The notes under the pieces are model-generated. The model had not been told where the DNA came from. It ran no database searches and saw nothing but the letters and a program-made list of their open reading frames with translations. Positions 9,953 through 19,899 of a stretch of DNA of 64,000 nucleotides are shown one piece after another. Both the position numbers and the translations under genes were made by a program. The stretch's first letter is position 1. Each line of letters starts with the position of its first letter. Source of the DNA: an uncultured Chloroflexia bacterium (GTDB taxonomy: Bacteria > Chloroflexota > Limnocylindria > Limnocylindrales > CSP1-4); the NCBI GenBank assembly GCA_963759495.1, contig CAVWZL010000013.1, forward strand, positions 56,466-120,465. Direction: 5' to 3'.

Positions 9953-11182
9953 GTGGATGCCTGGACCGTCCTCGCCGTCCTGCTGGCCCTCGCGTTGGCC
10001 CTCGTCATCGTCGCGTATGGACGGATGCGGGTGCGCATCCGCAAGGTCGGCGTGCTCTCCGGTGTCGGGCAGCAAGGAGATCCGCTGTTCGGCGTGAGCC
10101 GGCTGCTCGAGCGCGTCGAGCGGCTCGAACGCGAGCTGGCCGACGCGCGGCGCGACCACGAGCTGCTTGTGGATCTCGTGGACGTCGGCGTCGTCGACCT
10201 CGACAGCCAGCTCCGGGTCGTCTTCGCCAATGCCGCGGCGCACACCCTGCTGAACCGGCCGCCCGGCACCCTGCTCGGACTCGTCGCGCTCGAGGCGTTC
10301 CTCCACACCCAGATCGAAGCCGTGGCGCATGCCGCCCTCGAGCAGGGCGCGGCCGCGGGCGAGCTGCGCCTGCGCGGGGCCGACGGGCCGACCCTGATGG
10401 TGCGTGCGCAGCGCTCGACGTCGGGTGGCGTCTGGCTCGTGCTCGCCGACGTGAGCGAGCTGCGCCGCCTCCAGCAGATTCGCGCGGAGTTCATCGACAA
10501 CCTGTCACACGAGCTGCGGACGCCGCTGGCCACCGTCAGCCTGCTGGCGGAGACCCTGACGCGCGAGGCCCAGACCGTCGGCGCTGCCTTGCCGGCGAAG
10601 ATGCGCGACCGGATCGCGAAGATCGAGGTGGAGACCGGCCACCTCGTCCAGATGGTGAGCGAGATCATGGATCTGTCGCGGATCGAGGCCGGGGCCGGCC
10701 TTGGGCTCGTGGACGGCGTCGATCTCGGACGGCTTGCGAGCAGCTCGGCGGAACGGCTGCGACTGTTCGCGGAGCGGCAGGGTGTGCGCCTCGTCGTCGA
10801 GATCGCACCCGGCTTGCCGTCCATCCGCGGCGACGAGGCGCGGCTCGGGCAGGTGTTCGTCAACCTGGTGCACAACGCCGTGAAGTTCAGCCCGAATGGC
10901 GGGGACGTCACGATCTCGGTCCAACCCGGGGACGGGGAGCTGATCGCCTCGGTGGAGGATCACGGCGTCGGCGTGCCGCGTGCTGCGCAGGGCCGGGTCT
11001 TTGAACGGTTCTACAAGGTCGACCGGTCCCGGGCGAGGGGCCAGGCGGGCGGCACCGGGCTTGGGCTCGCGATCGCGCGGCACGTGATCGAGCAGCACGG
11101 AGGCAGGATCTGGGTCGAGTCCGCCGAGGGGGTCGGCTCGCGTTTCTCATTTGCCCTGCCACTCGCACCGCAGGCGGGCTGA
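9953..11182 (+). CDS. Phosphate-regulon sensor histidine kinase (SenX3/PhoR-like)
   Basis: N-terminal TM helix, PAS-like region, SHELRTPL, NLVHNAVKFS, FERFYKVDRSR, GGTGLGL. Confidence 0.9.
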   Translation: MDAWTVLAVLLALALALVIVAYGRMRVRIRKVGVLSGVGQQGDPLFGVSRLLERVERLERELADARRDHELLVDLVDVGVVDLDSQLRVVFANAAAHTLLNRPPGTLLGLVALEAFLHTQIEAVAHAALEQGAAAGELRLRGADGPTLMVRAQRSTSGGVWLVLADVSELRRLQQIRAEFIDNLSHELRTPLATVSLLAETLTREAQTVGAALPAKMRDRIAKIEVETGHLVQMVSEIMDLSRIEAGAGLGLVDGVDLGRLASSSAERLRLFAERQGVRLVVEIAPGLPSIRGDEARLGQVFVNLVHNAVKFSPNGGDVTISVQPGDGELIASVEDHGVGVPRAAQGRVFERFYKVDRSRARGQAGGTGLGLAIARHVIEQHGGRIWVESAEGVGSRFSFALPLAPQAG

Positions 11183-11184
11183 TC

Positions 11185-11941
11185 GTGGCCGTCATTCGCG
11201 TCGCGACGCTCAATCTGCGCAATCTCGCGGACCGTTGGGACGAGCGTCTGCCGCTGCTTCTCGCCGACATGGCGGCGCTGCAGCCCGACCTGATCGGGCT
11301 GCAGGAGGTGGTGTACCCGCTCCAGCAGGATCGACTGCTGGGGGCAGCGGGGGCAGGCCGATACGAAGCGGTTCGCGGATGGGCGGGCCGCCCGGAGTAC
11401 GGCAACAGCCTGCTCGTCCGCGCCCCGCTGCACCCCGTGGACGACGGCCGGCTCGAGCTCGGGCGCGACCGTGCCGCCCACCGCGTCGGGATCGAGCTCG
11501 CCGATGGTGGCACCGTCCTCTTCGCGGTGACCCATCTCCATCACCTCGTGCCGGACGACGCGATCCGCGACGAGCAGTCCGCGACGCTGCTCGCATGGCT
11601 CGACGAGGCCGCGCCGGCCACGCGCGACCATCCTCGTCGGTGACTTCAACGCCGATCCGGCGGAGCCGGCCTACGCCCGCCTGACCAACGCGGGCTTCCG
11701 CTCCGCCTACCTCGAGGCGAACGGAGCCGAGCCCGCCGTGACGTGGCCGTCCGGGCTGCACGCGCCGGGCATGGACACCGACGGTGAGCCGGGCTGCCTC
11801 GACTACATCTGGCTGCGGGGTGACGCGCGGGCCGTCGACGCCCGTCTCGTGTTCGACCGTCCGGCGGTCGGGGACCCGACGCTCTACCCGAGCGATCACG
11901 TCGGTCTCGTCGCGACAGTCGACGTCGGCGGTGGCCCGTGA
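11185..11941 (+). CDS. Endonuclease/exonuclease/phosphatase (EEP) family protein; frameshift near 11625
   Basis: ATLNL, GLQEV, THL, then GDFN, LDYIW and PSDH in the next frame. Confidence 0.85.
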
Positions 11942-12639
11942 TGGCGTCCCCGCTTCGCCTGGCCCACCGCGGCGACCGGCGGCACGGGCCGGAGAACAGC
12001 GTCCGCGCCTTCACCGCCGCGATGACCATCCCTGGCTGCGACGGCGTCGAGCTCGATGTCCGCCTGGCCGCTGACGGCAGCCCGGTCGTGATCCACGACG
12101 ACACCCTCGACCGCGTGCAGGGCCGGCCGGGCCGGGTACCCGAGCTGACCGCGCGCGAGCTTGCTGCGGCCGGCGTGCCGACCCTCGCCGAGGTCCTCGA
12201 TGCGCTGCCGCCGGACGCGTTCATCGACGTCGAGCTCAAGGTCGATGGGGGCCAGGGGGCGATCGACGTGCTCCGCGTGGCTCGCGGCTCCGGGCTGGAT
12301 CGGGCCGTCGTCTCGTCGTTCGACGCAGGGGCCATCGAGACGGTCCGTGATGGCGAACCCGGCTGGCCGTGCTGGCTGAACGCGGAGGTCCTCGATCCCG
12401 ACGCGATCGATCAGGCCCGTGACCTCGGGTGCGTCGCCGTGACCGCGCAGTGGCCGTCGATCGACGAACGAAGCGTGGCGTTGGCGCGCAGGGCCGGCCT
12501 CGAGGTCGTCGCCTGGACCGTCCGTCGCCGGTCGACATTTCGGCGTCTGGCGCGGCTCGGGGTGGCCGCTGTCTGTGTGGAGGGCGCGGCGCTCGATGGC
12601 GACCGGGCGCCCGACAAGCCTGGGGAGGTGCAGGGATGA
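11938..12639 (+). CDS. Glycerophosphodiester phosphodiesterase
   Basis: AHRG...PENS, ELDVRL.ADG..VVIHD, VELK, AWTV. Confidence 0.9.
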   Translation: MMASPLRLAHRGDRRHGPENSVRAFTAAMTIPGCDGVELDVRLAADGSPVVIHDDTLDRVQGRPGRVPELTARELAAAGVPTLAEVLDALPPDAFIDVELKVDGGQGAIDVLRVARGSGLDRAVVSSFDAGAIETVRDGEPGWPCWLNAEVLDPDAIDQARDLGCVAVTAQWPSIDERSVALARRAGLEVVAWTVRRRSTFRRLARLGVAAVCVEGAALDGDRAPDKPGEVQG

Positions 12640-13835
12640 GCGATCGAGCCGATGTCGTCGTCGTCGGCGCGGGCACGATCGGCGGCTGGGCCTCCGTCTT
12701 CGCGCGTGCCGAGGGGCTGGATCGCGTCGTCGTCCTCGACCGGGGCCTCGTGGGAATGGGCGCTTCGTCGCGGGCGGCGGGGATCGTCCGGGCGCAGGGC
12801 GGGACGCCGGCCACCGTCGCGCTCGGGCGCTGGACGATCGACTTCTATCGCGGCCAGCTCGGCGCGTACGGGACGGATTTGGGGTTCCGCGAGCTCGGCT
12901 ATCTCATCCTCGCGGTGACCGAGGAGGACGAGCGGGCCGGACGCGACCGCGTCGCGATGCAGCGCGACGCGGGGCTCGACGTGCGCTGGCTTGACACCGA
13001 TCAGGCAGTTGCCCTCGTCCCGACCCTCGCGCGATCGGGTCACCGTGGCGGGAGCTACCTCGCGACGGATGGTGCGATCGACCCGCCGCGCAACGTGCGG
13101 GCCTATTCGCTCGCCATGCAGGCGGCCGGTGTCGAGCTGCGCGAGCGGGTCACGTTCGAAGGCCTCCGGGTCGAGGACGGACGGGTCGTCGGCGTCGAGA
13201 CATCCGCGGGACCGATCGAGACGTCCCGGGTGCTCCTGACCGGCGGGCCGTCGCTGCGCGGCGTCGGCCGGATCGCCGGCATCCGGATCCCGGCAGGCGC
13301 CGCGCGGCACACCGTCGCCGTGCTCGAGCGGCACGAGGCGTTCGAGGTGGAGCGGATGCCGATGGTGTTCGACATCGGCCAGGGCCTGTACTGGCGGCTC
13401 GAGGAGGGCGGTCTCCTGTTCGGCTGGTCCGACCCCGACGAGCAGCCGGGTGAGGCGCGATCGATCGACTGGGCGGCCTACGAGCGCTGGCGTGCACGGC
13501 TGGCGTCCTTCGTGCCGCTCACCCGCGAGCTCGGGCTTCGCCGGATCTGGTGCGCCACGATCGACTACACGCCCGACCACCTGCCGATCCTCGGTCCTGG
13601 GCTGACGCCGGCAGGGGACCGAATCGAGGGCGTGACGGTCGCCTCCGCCGGCGGGCACGGGATGATGTGGGGGCCGGGCGTCTCACGCGTGGCTGTGGAT
13701 CTGGTCGTTCGTGGCAGGACGTCCCTTGTGGACGCCGCGGACCTCGGGCTCGACCGCTTCGACGAGCATGGCCGAAGCCGTGTCGCCGCCGACCCGATCG
13801 CCCTGCCGTTCCCGGTCAGCGCCGACGGGGACTGA
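12636..13835 (+). CDS. FAD-dependent oxidoreductase (DAO / sarcosine oxidase beta-like)
   Basis: VVGAGTIG, GASSRAAGIVR, DYTPDHLPILG, GGHGMM. Confidence 0.85.
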   Translation: MSDRADVVVVGAGTIGGWASVFARAEGLDRVVVLDRGLVGMGASSRAAGIVRAQGGTPATVALGRWTIDFYRGQLGAYGTDLGFRELGYLILAVTEEDERAGRDRVAMQRDAGLDVRWLDTDQAVALVPTLARSGHRGGSYLATDGAIDPPRNVRAYSLAMQAAGVELRERVTFEGLRVEDGRVVGVETSAGPIETSRVLLTGGPSLRGVGRIAGIRIPAGAARHTVAVLERHEAFEVERMPMVFDIGQGLYWRLEEGGLLFGWSDPDEQPGEARSIDWAAYERWRARLASFVPLTRELGLRRIWCATIDYTPDHLPILGPGLTPAGDRIEGVTVASAGGHGMMWGPGVSRVAVDLVVRGRTSLVDAADLGLDRFDEHGRSRVAADPIALPFPVSADGD

Positions 13836-13844
13836 CCAGCGCCG

Positions 13845-14342
13845 TCAAGCTCCCGCGGAGGGCTTCAGGAGGTCCGGCGGCACGAGCCAGCGGAGCTCGC
13901 CAGCGCCGGGCCGGAGAGGGCGACCACTGTCGATCCGGGCGAGTGCGCCCTTGCGCATCGGGACGTTGCCGCCGCTGAGCGTCTCGACGAGCTCGGAGAA
14001 GTCCGGATCGTGCCCGACGAGCACGGGCCGAACGGGATTGCCGGCATCGGTCAGGATCGCCTCGAGCGCCGACACACCGACCCCGCCCCCGAGTCGCTCG
14101 TCGACGCGCACGGCCAGGCCAAGCGGTTCTGCCACGATCTCGGCGGTTCGTGCCGCGCGAACCTTTGGGGAGGTGATGATCGCGTCGGGCTCGAACCCGA
14201 TGCCCGCGAGGAAGCGGCCCAGCCGATCGCTCTGCCGCTCGCCCTTCGGGGACAGTGGCCGCTGGTCGTCGGGGCCGTCCCATTCGGCCGGATCACCGGC
14301 GTGCGCATGGCGGAGCAGGTACAGCTGGATCGGGTCGCTCAT
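13845..14342 (-). CDS. sixA: Phosphohistidine phosphatase SixA-like
   Basis: LYLLRHAHA, D.QRPLS.KG, SPKVRA.RTA, LVGHDP; ATGA overlap with arsC. Confidence 0.88.
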   Translation of the reverse strand: MSDPIQLYLLRHAHAGDPAEWDGPDDQRPLSPKGERQSDRLGRFLAGIGFEPDAIITSPKVRAARTAEIVAEPLGLAVRVDERLGGGVGVSALEAILTDAGNPVRPVLVGHDPDFSELVETLSGGNVPMRKGALARIDSGRPLRPGAGELRWLVPPDLLKPSAGA

Positions 14343-14810
14343 CGGTGCGAGGTCCCGGGCCCTGCCGTCGTCGCGGCGTCTGCGTGTGCCCGTTGCGCGC
14401 GCGGGATGAACGTGCCGATGCGCTCCCCGAGCTGGATGAAGACCCGTCGGAAGACGGCCAGCCGCTCCTCCTCCGCTGCCTGTGGCCAGCGCCGGATCCT
14501 CGTACCCCCAGTGGAGCGACTCGTGCACGCCGGGGAAGACGGGACACGCCTGGCGCGCCTCGTCGCAGACCGTGATCACGTAGTCGAACGACTGGCCGAG
14601 ATATTCCTGGACCGACTTCGAGCGAGCCCACGACGCGTCGATGCCGGCCTCCTCGAGGACCCGCACCGTCAGCGGGTTGATGCCCTTCGGCTCGGTGCCG
14701 GCGCTGTGGACCTCGAACGCCTCGCCTCCGCGAGTCCGGAGCAGCGCCTCTGCCATCACGCTCCGGGCCGAGTTGCCGGTGCACACGACGAGGACGCGAA
14801 TCGATGTCAC
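14339..14810 (-). CDS. arsC: Arsenate reductase (LMW-PTP fold, thioredoxin type); frameshift near 14475
   Basis: CTGNSARS, ITVCDEARQACP, HWGYEDP; the C-terminus ERLAVFRR continues in another frame. Confidence 0.85.
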
Positions 14811-15559
14811 GGATTGAGGTCCTCCACCTCGCCGCTGGCGAGAAACACGACGTCCTCGGCGATGTTCGTGACGCGGTCGCCAATCCGCTCGAGGTAGTGC
14901 GCCGCGAGCATGATCCGGACCCCGCGCTCCACGTTGTCGGGGTCCTGGCGCATGAGCTCGATCACGTCGGCAAACGTCTTGTGGTACAGCGCGTCGATCT
15001 CGTCGTCACCCTTGGCCACGGCTCGCGCCTGGTGCTGGTCGATATCGACGAGCGCCCGCAGGATCCCGTGGATCAGCTCCGCGCCGAGCTCGCCCATCTT
15101 CGGGAGGTCGACGTACTGCTTGAGCGGCGGCTCGGGAGCCAGCTTGCGGACCTGCTTCGCGACCGACGCGGCGTGGTCGCCGATTCGCTCGAGCTCGTAG
15201 GTGACGTGATCGAGTGACAAAAGGAAGCGCAGGTCGCGCGCCACAGGCTGCTGCGTGGCGATGGTTCGGGCGATCTGCGAGGAGACCGAGCGCTGCGCCT
15301 CGTTGATCCTGCCGTCGCCCACGATGACGGCAAGCGCGGCCTCCGAGTCGTGGTTGACGAGTGCGGCCATCGCGGCCCGGATCGCGTCCTCGACGAGCGT
15401 CCCCATGCGCAGGACGTTCAGCTTGATCTCGCGCTGCTCGCGGTCGAGCGGCTCGCGTGCCGCGTGCGTCTCGTTGGCGGATGCCTCACCGGCGGCCACG
15501 AGCAGCTCGTCGAGCTCGTCCGCCAGGGCATCGCTGCCGATGCGCTCGTGTTCGGTCAT
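14807..15559 (-). CDS. phoU: Phosphate signalling protein PhoU
   Basis: QQPVARDLR, LERIGDHA, DDEIDALY, LERIGDRVTNIAE. Confidence 0.95.
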   Translation of the reverse strand: MTEHERIGSDALADELDELLVAAGEASANETHAAREPLDREQREIKLNVLRMGTLVEDAIRAAMAALVNHDSEAALAVIVGDGRINEAQRSVSSQIARTIATQQPVARDLRFLLSLDHVTYELERIGDHAASVAKQVRKLAPEPPLKQYVDLPKMGELGAELIHGILRALVDIDQHQARAVAKGDDEIDALYHKTFADVIELMRQDPDNVERGVRIMLAAHYLERIGDRVTNIAEDVVFLASGEVEDLNP

Positions 15560-15572
15560 GTTCGGCCTCCGT

Positions 15573-16409
15573 CTAGCCGAACCGGCCGGAGACATAGTCT
15601 TCGGTCAGCTGGTTCTTCGGATTGGTGAAGATGTCGATGGTCGGCGCCTGCTCGACGACATACCCGGCCCGGTCCTCGCCCATCGTCATGAACACGGTCG
15701 TCTCCGATGCCCGGGCGGCCTGCTGCATGTTGTGGGTGACGATCACGATCGTGTAGTCCTTCTTCAGCTCGGCCATCAGCTCCTCGATCTGGAGCGTCGA
15801 GCGCGGATCGAGGGCGGACGCTGGCTCGTCCATGAGGATGATCTCCGGCTCGACGGCGATCGTCCGCGCGATGCACAGCCGCTGCTGCTGCCCGCCGGAA
15901 AGCGCGAGCCCCGATTGCTTGAGCTTGTCCTTGACCTCGTTCCAGAGGGCCGCGCGGCGGAGGCTCTGCTCGACCAGCTCGTCGAGATTGCCCTTGTAGC
16001 CGTTGATCCGCGGCCCGAATGCGACGTTGTCGTAGATCGACTTCGGGAATGGGTTGGGCTTCTGGAAGACCATCCCGACCCGGCGACGAACCGCCACCGG
16101 ATCCACCGACTTTGCGAAGAGATCCTGCCCGTCGAGCAGGATCCGCCCCTCGGAACGGTAGGACGGCACGAGGTCGTTCATCCGGTTGATCGTTCGCAGG
16201 AGGGTCGACTTGCCGCACCCGGACGGTCCGATGAGGGCCGTGATGTGCTGCTTTGCGACCTGGATGTTGACGTTGCGGACGGCGCGGAACGAGCCGTAGT
16301 AGCACGACACATCCTGCAGCTCGACGACGTACTCGTGCGCATGTGCCGGCGCCGCCGTTTCGCTGAGCCGGTCCCGCGTCGGGGCGAGGCGGATCGCCGG
16401 GCCTGCCAC
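15573..16409 (-). CDS. pstB: Phosphate ABC transporter ATPase (true start may be GTG at 16458 with an N-terminal indel)
   Basis: [44 protein letters not shown]. Confidence 0.96.
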   Translation of the reverse strand: MAGPAIRLAPTRDRLSETAAPAHAHEYVVELQDVSCYYGSFRAVRNVNIQVAKQHITALIGPSGCGKSTLLRTINRMNDLVPSYRSEGRILLDGQDLFAKSVDPVAVRRRVGMVFQKPNPFPKSIYDNVAFGPRINGYKGNLDELVEQSLRRAALWNEVKDKLKQSGLALSGGQQQRLCIARTIAVEPEIILMDEPASALDPRSTLQIEELMAELKKDYTIVIVTHNMQQAARASETTVFMTMGEDRAGYVVEQAPTIDIFTNPKNQLTEDYVSGRFG

Positions 16410-16469
16410 CTCGGTCGGGCGGCCGTCGCTGGGGGCCTCCGGGGGCCTGGACGTTCACGGTGGACTCCT

Positions 16470-17357
16470 CTACCACTGGATATGTCGCGAGAGCCGGGCT
16501 CGGACCACGAGGGCAAGCCCGTTGAGGATGAACATGAGGACCAGGATGACGATGATCGCGGCGGACGCGATCGAGGCGAAGTCCTCCTGCGGGCGCTTCG
16601 CCCAGTCGAAGATCTGCAGCGGCAGTACCGTGTAGGCGCCCTCGAACGGCGTCGGCAGGAAGGTCACGAAGCCGACCCCACCGATGATGAGCAGCGGCGC
16701 CGCCTCGCCGATCGCCCGTGCCATGGCCAGGATGATGCCGGTCATGATCCCGGGCGCGGCAGCCGGGAAGACCGATCCCCGAACCATCTGCCAGCGGGTC
16801 GCGCCAAGCGCGTACGCCCCCTCGCGCTGGGCGTTCGGCACGGCCTTGAGCGCCTCGATCGACGCGATGATCACGACCGGCAGGATGAGCAGCGTCAGCG
16901 TCAGTGCGGCCGCGATCACGGTCCGGCCGAGCTCCATGAGCTGGACGAAGACCGCCAACCCGAGCAGCCCATAGATGATCGACGGAACCCCGGCCAGGTT
17001 GCTGATGTTCGTCTGGAGCAGCCGGTTCAACCGGTTGTCCGGCGCGTACTCGACGAAGTAGATCGCGGCGGCCACGCCGATCGGAAAGGTGAGCAACCCG
17101 ACGATCGCTCCGATCTCGAGTGACCCGACGAGCGCCGGCAGGACGCCCGCGCGCTCCGGTCGCCGCGACGGCACGCCGCTGAGGAACTGCGGATCGAGCC
17201 ACGGCAGCCCTCGCGACAGGATGTCGACGAGCAGGAGCAGCAGGAACAGCAGCAGGATTCCGATGGCTGCCAGGCACAGGCCGTAGAACAGCGTGCCGTT
17301 GAGCTTGCGCCGTGCGATCGACGGATCGAAGGCGGCCGGGACGGTCCTCGTCGCCAT
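16470..17357 (-). CDS. pstA: Phosphate ABC transporter permease
   Basis: NLAGVPSIIYG, REGAYALGATRWQ, ARAIGEAAPL. Confidence 0.95.
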   Translation of the reverse strand: MATRTVPAAFDPSIARRKLNGTLFYGLCLAAIGILLLFLLLLLVDILSRGLPWLDPQFLSGVPSRRPERAGVLPALVGSLEIGAIVGLLTFPIGVAAAIYFVEYAPDNRLNRLLQTNISNLAGVPSIIYGLLGLAVFVQLMELGRTVIAAALTLTLLILPVVIIASIEALKAVPNAQREGAYALGATRWQMVRGSVFPAAAPGIMTGIILAMARAIGEAAPLLIIGGVGFVTFLPTPFEGAYTVLPLQIFDWAKRPQEDFASIASAAIIVILVLMFILNGLALVVRARLSRHIQW

Positions 17358-18271
17358 CAGTACGCCGTCCGGTAGCGCCGGACGACCCAGCCGCTGATCA
17401 GGTTGAGCACGAGCGTCAGCACGAAGAGCATTGCGCCGACGGCGAACAACGACTTGAACTGGATCGAGCCCTGGGCCGTCTCCCCGATGGCGATCTGGGC
17501 GATGAACCCGGTCATCGTCTGGACGCTCTCGGTCGGGTTGAAGGTGAGCTGTGGCTTGTCGCCGACCGCGAGCGATACGGCCATCGTCTCGCCGATGGCC
17601 CGGCTCATCGCCAGGATGATCGACGCCATGATCCCGGAGATGGCCGCCGGCAGCACCACCTTGCGGATCACCTCGAACCTGGTCGCGCCCATGGCGTACG
17701 CGCCCTCGCGCATGCCCCGCGGCACGGCGCGCATGGCGTCCTCGGAGATCGACGCGATCAACGGCGTCACGAGCAGGCCCACCACGATCCCGCCGGAGAG
17801 TGCAGAGAAGGTCCCGATGTTCGACCTGCCCAGCAGTGGCTGGAGGACCTGCGGCGCGATCACGTTCACGGCGAAGAACCCGAACACGATCGTCGGGATG
17901 CCGGCGATCGTCTCCAGGACGGGCTTGACGATGCTGCGGACCCGTGGTGAGGCGTAGTCCGCGAGGAGGATCGCCGCCAGCAGACCGAGCGGGACCGCCA
18001 CGAGCATCGCGATGCCGGCCACGAGGAGGGTTCCGGACACGAGCGGCAGGACGCCGAACGCGTATGGCCGGATGGCTGCCGACCAGCGCGTCCCGGTGAA
18101 GAAGTCGAGCGGGTTGACCTGCAGGAAGAACTCGAGCGTCTGCGTGGCCAGGACGACGATGATCCCGCCCGTCGTCAGCACGCCGAGCACTGCCGCGGCG
18201 AAGAGCAGGCCCTCGATGACGCGCTCCGAGGCCGGGCGTCGCCTCGTCAGGGAGATCGGGGTGGCTGACAT
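17357..18271 (-). CDS. pstC: Phosphate ABC transporter permease
   Basis: KPVLETIAGIPTIVFG, SEDAMRAVP, SRAIGETMAV. Confidence 0.95.
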   Translation of the reverse strand: MSATPISLTRRRPASERVIEGLLFAAAVLGVLTTGGIIVVLATQTLEFFLQVNPLDFFTGTRWSAAIRPYAFGVLPLVSGTLLVAGIAMLVAVPLGLLAAILLADYASPRVRSIVKPVLETIAGIPTIVFGFFAVNVIAPQVLQPLLGRSNIGTFSALSGGIVVGLLVTPLIASISEDAMRAVPRGMREGAYAMGATRFEVIRKVVLPAAISGIMASIILAMSRAIGETMAVSLAVGDKPQLTFNPTESVQTMTGFIAQIAIGETAQGSIQFKSLFAVGAMLFVLTLVLNLISGWVVRRYRTAY

Positions 18272-18333
18272 GACTGCAGTCTCCTGGCCCGACCGAGCCT
18301 ACTGGCGTTGGTCGGTGCCGACAACATGAGGAA

Positions 18334-18365
18334 GCACCGGCTCGATCCGAGCATCGAGCCGGTGC
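18334..18365 (-). terminator. Perfect 13-bp hairpin between pstS and pstC (mRNA stabiliser or partial terminator)
   Basis: gcaccggctcgat-ccgagc-atcgagccggtgc. Confidence 0.65.
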
Positions 18366-18396
18366 GGGAGGAGGGGGAGTGGCTAACGGAGATTGG

Positions 18397-19360
18397 TCAC
18401 CCGCCGACGGCCGCGGTCCATTCGTCCTTCTCGGCCTCCAGGAGGTCGTCGGGGAGCGGGATGTAGCCGACTTCAGCGGAGAGCGAGTTGGTGTTCTCGA
18501 GGTAGAAGTCCACGAAGGCCTTCAGCTCGGGTCGCTCCTTCGCCTTGCCGACATCCGGGTAGATGAACAGCGGTCGGCTGAGCGGTGCGTATTCGTTGGT
18601 GTTGATCGTCTCCTCGGTCGGCTCGACGCAGCCCTCGCCGCCATCGACCCCGATCGCCTTGACCTTGTCCTCGTTCTCGACGTAGTAGGCGTATCCGAAG
18701 AACCCGATTGCGTTGACGTCGCCGGCGACGCCCGGTCACGAGCACGTTGTCGTCCTCGGAGGGAGTGGCGAACTGCGTGGCGGCGTCGACCTCGCCGTTG
18801 ATCTCCTCGGTGAAGTAGTCGAACGTGCCGGAGTCGGCGCCCGGCATGAAGCGGTTGATCGGCTCAGCCGGGAAGTCCGCGCGCACGTCCTGCCACGTGA
18901 GGTCCTGCGGCGAGTCGGGACCGTAGATCAGTGCCAGCTCCTCGACGGTGAGGCACGTCGCGAACGTGTTCTCGGGGTTGACGACGACGGTCAGACCGTC
19001 GATTGCGACCTGGAGCTCGACGTACTCGACGCCATTCGACTCGCAGGCGACGCCCTCACCCTCGTCGTCGGCCTTGATCGGTCGGGATGCATCGTTGACG
19101 TCGGTCTCGCCCGTGCAGAACAGCTTGAAGCCGCCGCCGGTGCCGGAGAAGGCGGCCGAGACCTGCACGCCGGTGTTCGCGAGCTGGAACTCCTCGGCCA
19201 CTGCCTCGGTGATCGGGTAGACGGTGCTCGAGCCGTCGATTGCGACGCTCCCGCCGAGCGTGGATGTCGGCGCTCCCGCGTCCGCACCCGTGCACGCGCC
19301 CAGGATGAACATCGTCGCAAGGGCGATGGCGGCGGCGCGCTTCGATGAACGTTGGCCCAC
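18397..19360 (-). CDS. pstS: Phosphate-binding lipoprotein PstS; frameshift near 18735
   Basis: Lipobox LGAC, IDGSSTVYP, SGTGGGFK, SGTFDYF; then GFFGYAYY and YAPLSRPLFIY in another frame. Confidence 0.93.
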
Positions 19361-19449
19361 GTTGGCTCCTCGTCTGTGTCGCGGTCAGGTGCCGCGGCTT
19401 GTTGCTGGTCCTCTTCTTGCCAATGTCATGCTCGAATCGGCGCATCAAC

Positions 19450-19482
19450 GCCCGTTTGTGCCCGTGTTAAGGCTCGGTTAAC
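19450..19482 (-). promoter_or_regulatory. Putative PHO box upstream of pstS
   Basis: Minus strand GTTAACCGAGC/CTTAACACGGG/CACAAACGGGC with 11-bp period; resembles the box at 4065. Confidence 0.7.
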
Positions 19483-19590
19483 GAGAGCGGGGACGCCGGG
19501 TTGCGCCGGTCGGTGGCAGACTTCGGTCGGTGGCTCGGGAGAGCAGCCCGGTCGAGACCCAGGATCGACCCAACCGACAGAGGAGGATCC

Positions 19591-19899
19591 GTGGCGAAAT
19601 CGGCCAAGAAGTCGAGCGGCGCATCGGCGAAGGGCGTCGACAAGGCTGCCGCGAAGGCGCAGGCGCGCCTCGAGAAGCAGCTCGACAAGGCACGCGCCGA
19701 CGAGGCGAAGCGATCGAGGCAGGCAGCCGATGCGTCGGCGACCGTGGCAAAGCTCACCGCGAGGCTCAGCGCGAGCCGGGCATCGAGCGGCGCGTCGACC
19801 GATGGATCCCAGACGCCCACGCCGGCGCTCGACGCCGCCGGGTTCGAGGCTCCGCCACCCGCACCGACTGAGACCACTCAGCAAGGCTCCGACTCCTGA
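19591..19899 (+). CDS. Small Lys/Ala-rich hypothetical protein, probably coiled-coil
   Basis: Strong SD GAGGAGG before GTG; MAKSAKKSSGASAKGVDKAAAKAQARLEKQLDKAR... Confidence 0.7.
   Translation: MAKSAKKSSGASAKGVDKAAAKAQARLEKQLDKARADEAKRSRQAADASATVAKLTARLSASRASSGASTDGSQTPTPALDAAGFEAPPPAPTETTQQGSDS

Noticed and set aside
8923-11004. Long Arg/Pro/Ala-rich alternative-frame and antisense ORFs (also 1096..3093, most of 24814..27564, 57692..60283)
   Set aside because: These are shadow ORFs expected at very high GC. They overlap well-supported genes and lack motifs.
13845-14810. Apparent ArsC-SixA fusion protein (321 aa)
   Set aside because: One extra G near 14475 creates it. The real ArsC C-terminus continues in another frame and stops in an ATGA overlap with sixA.
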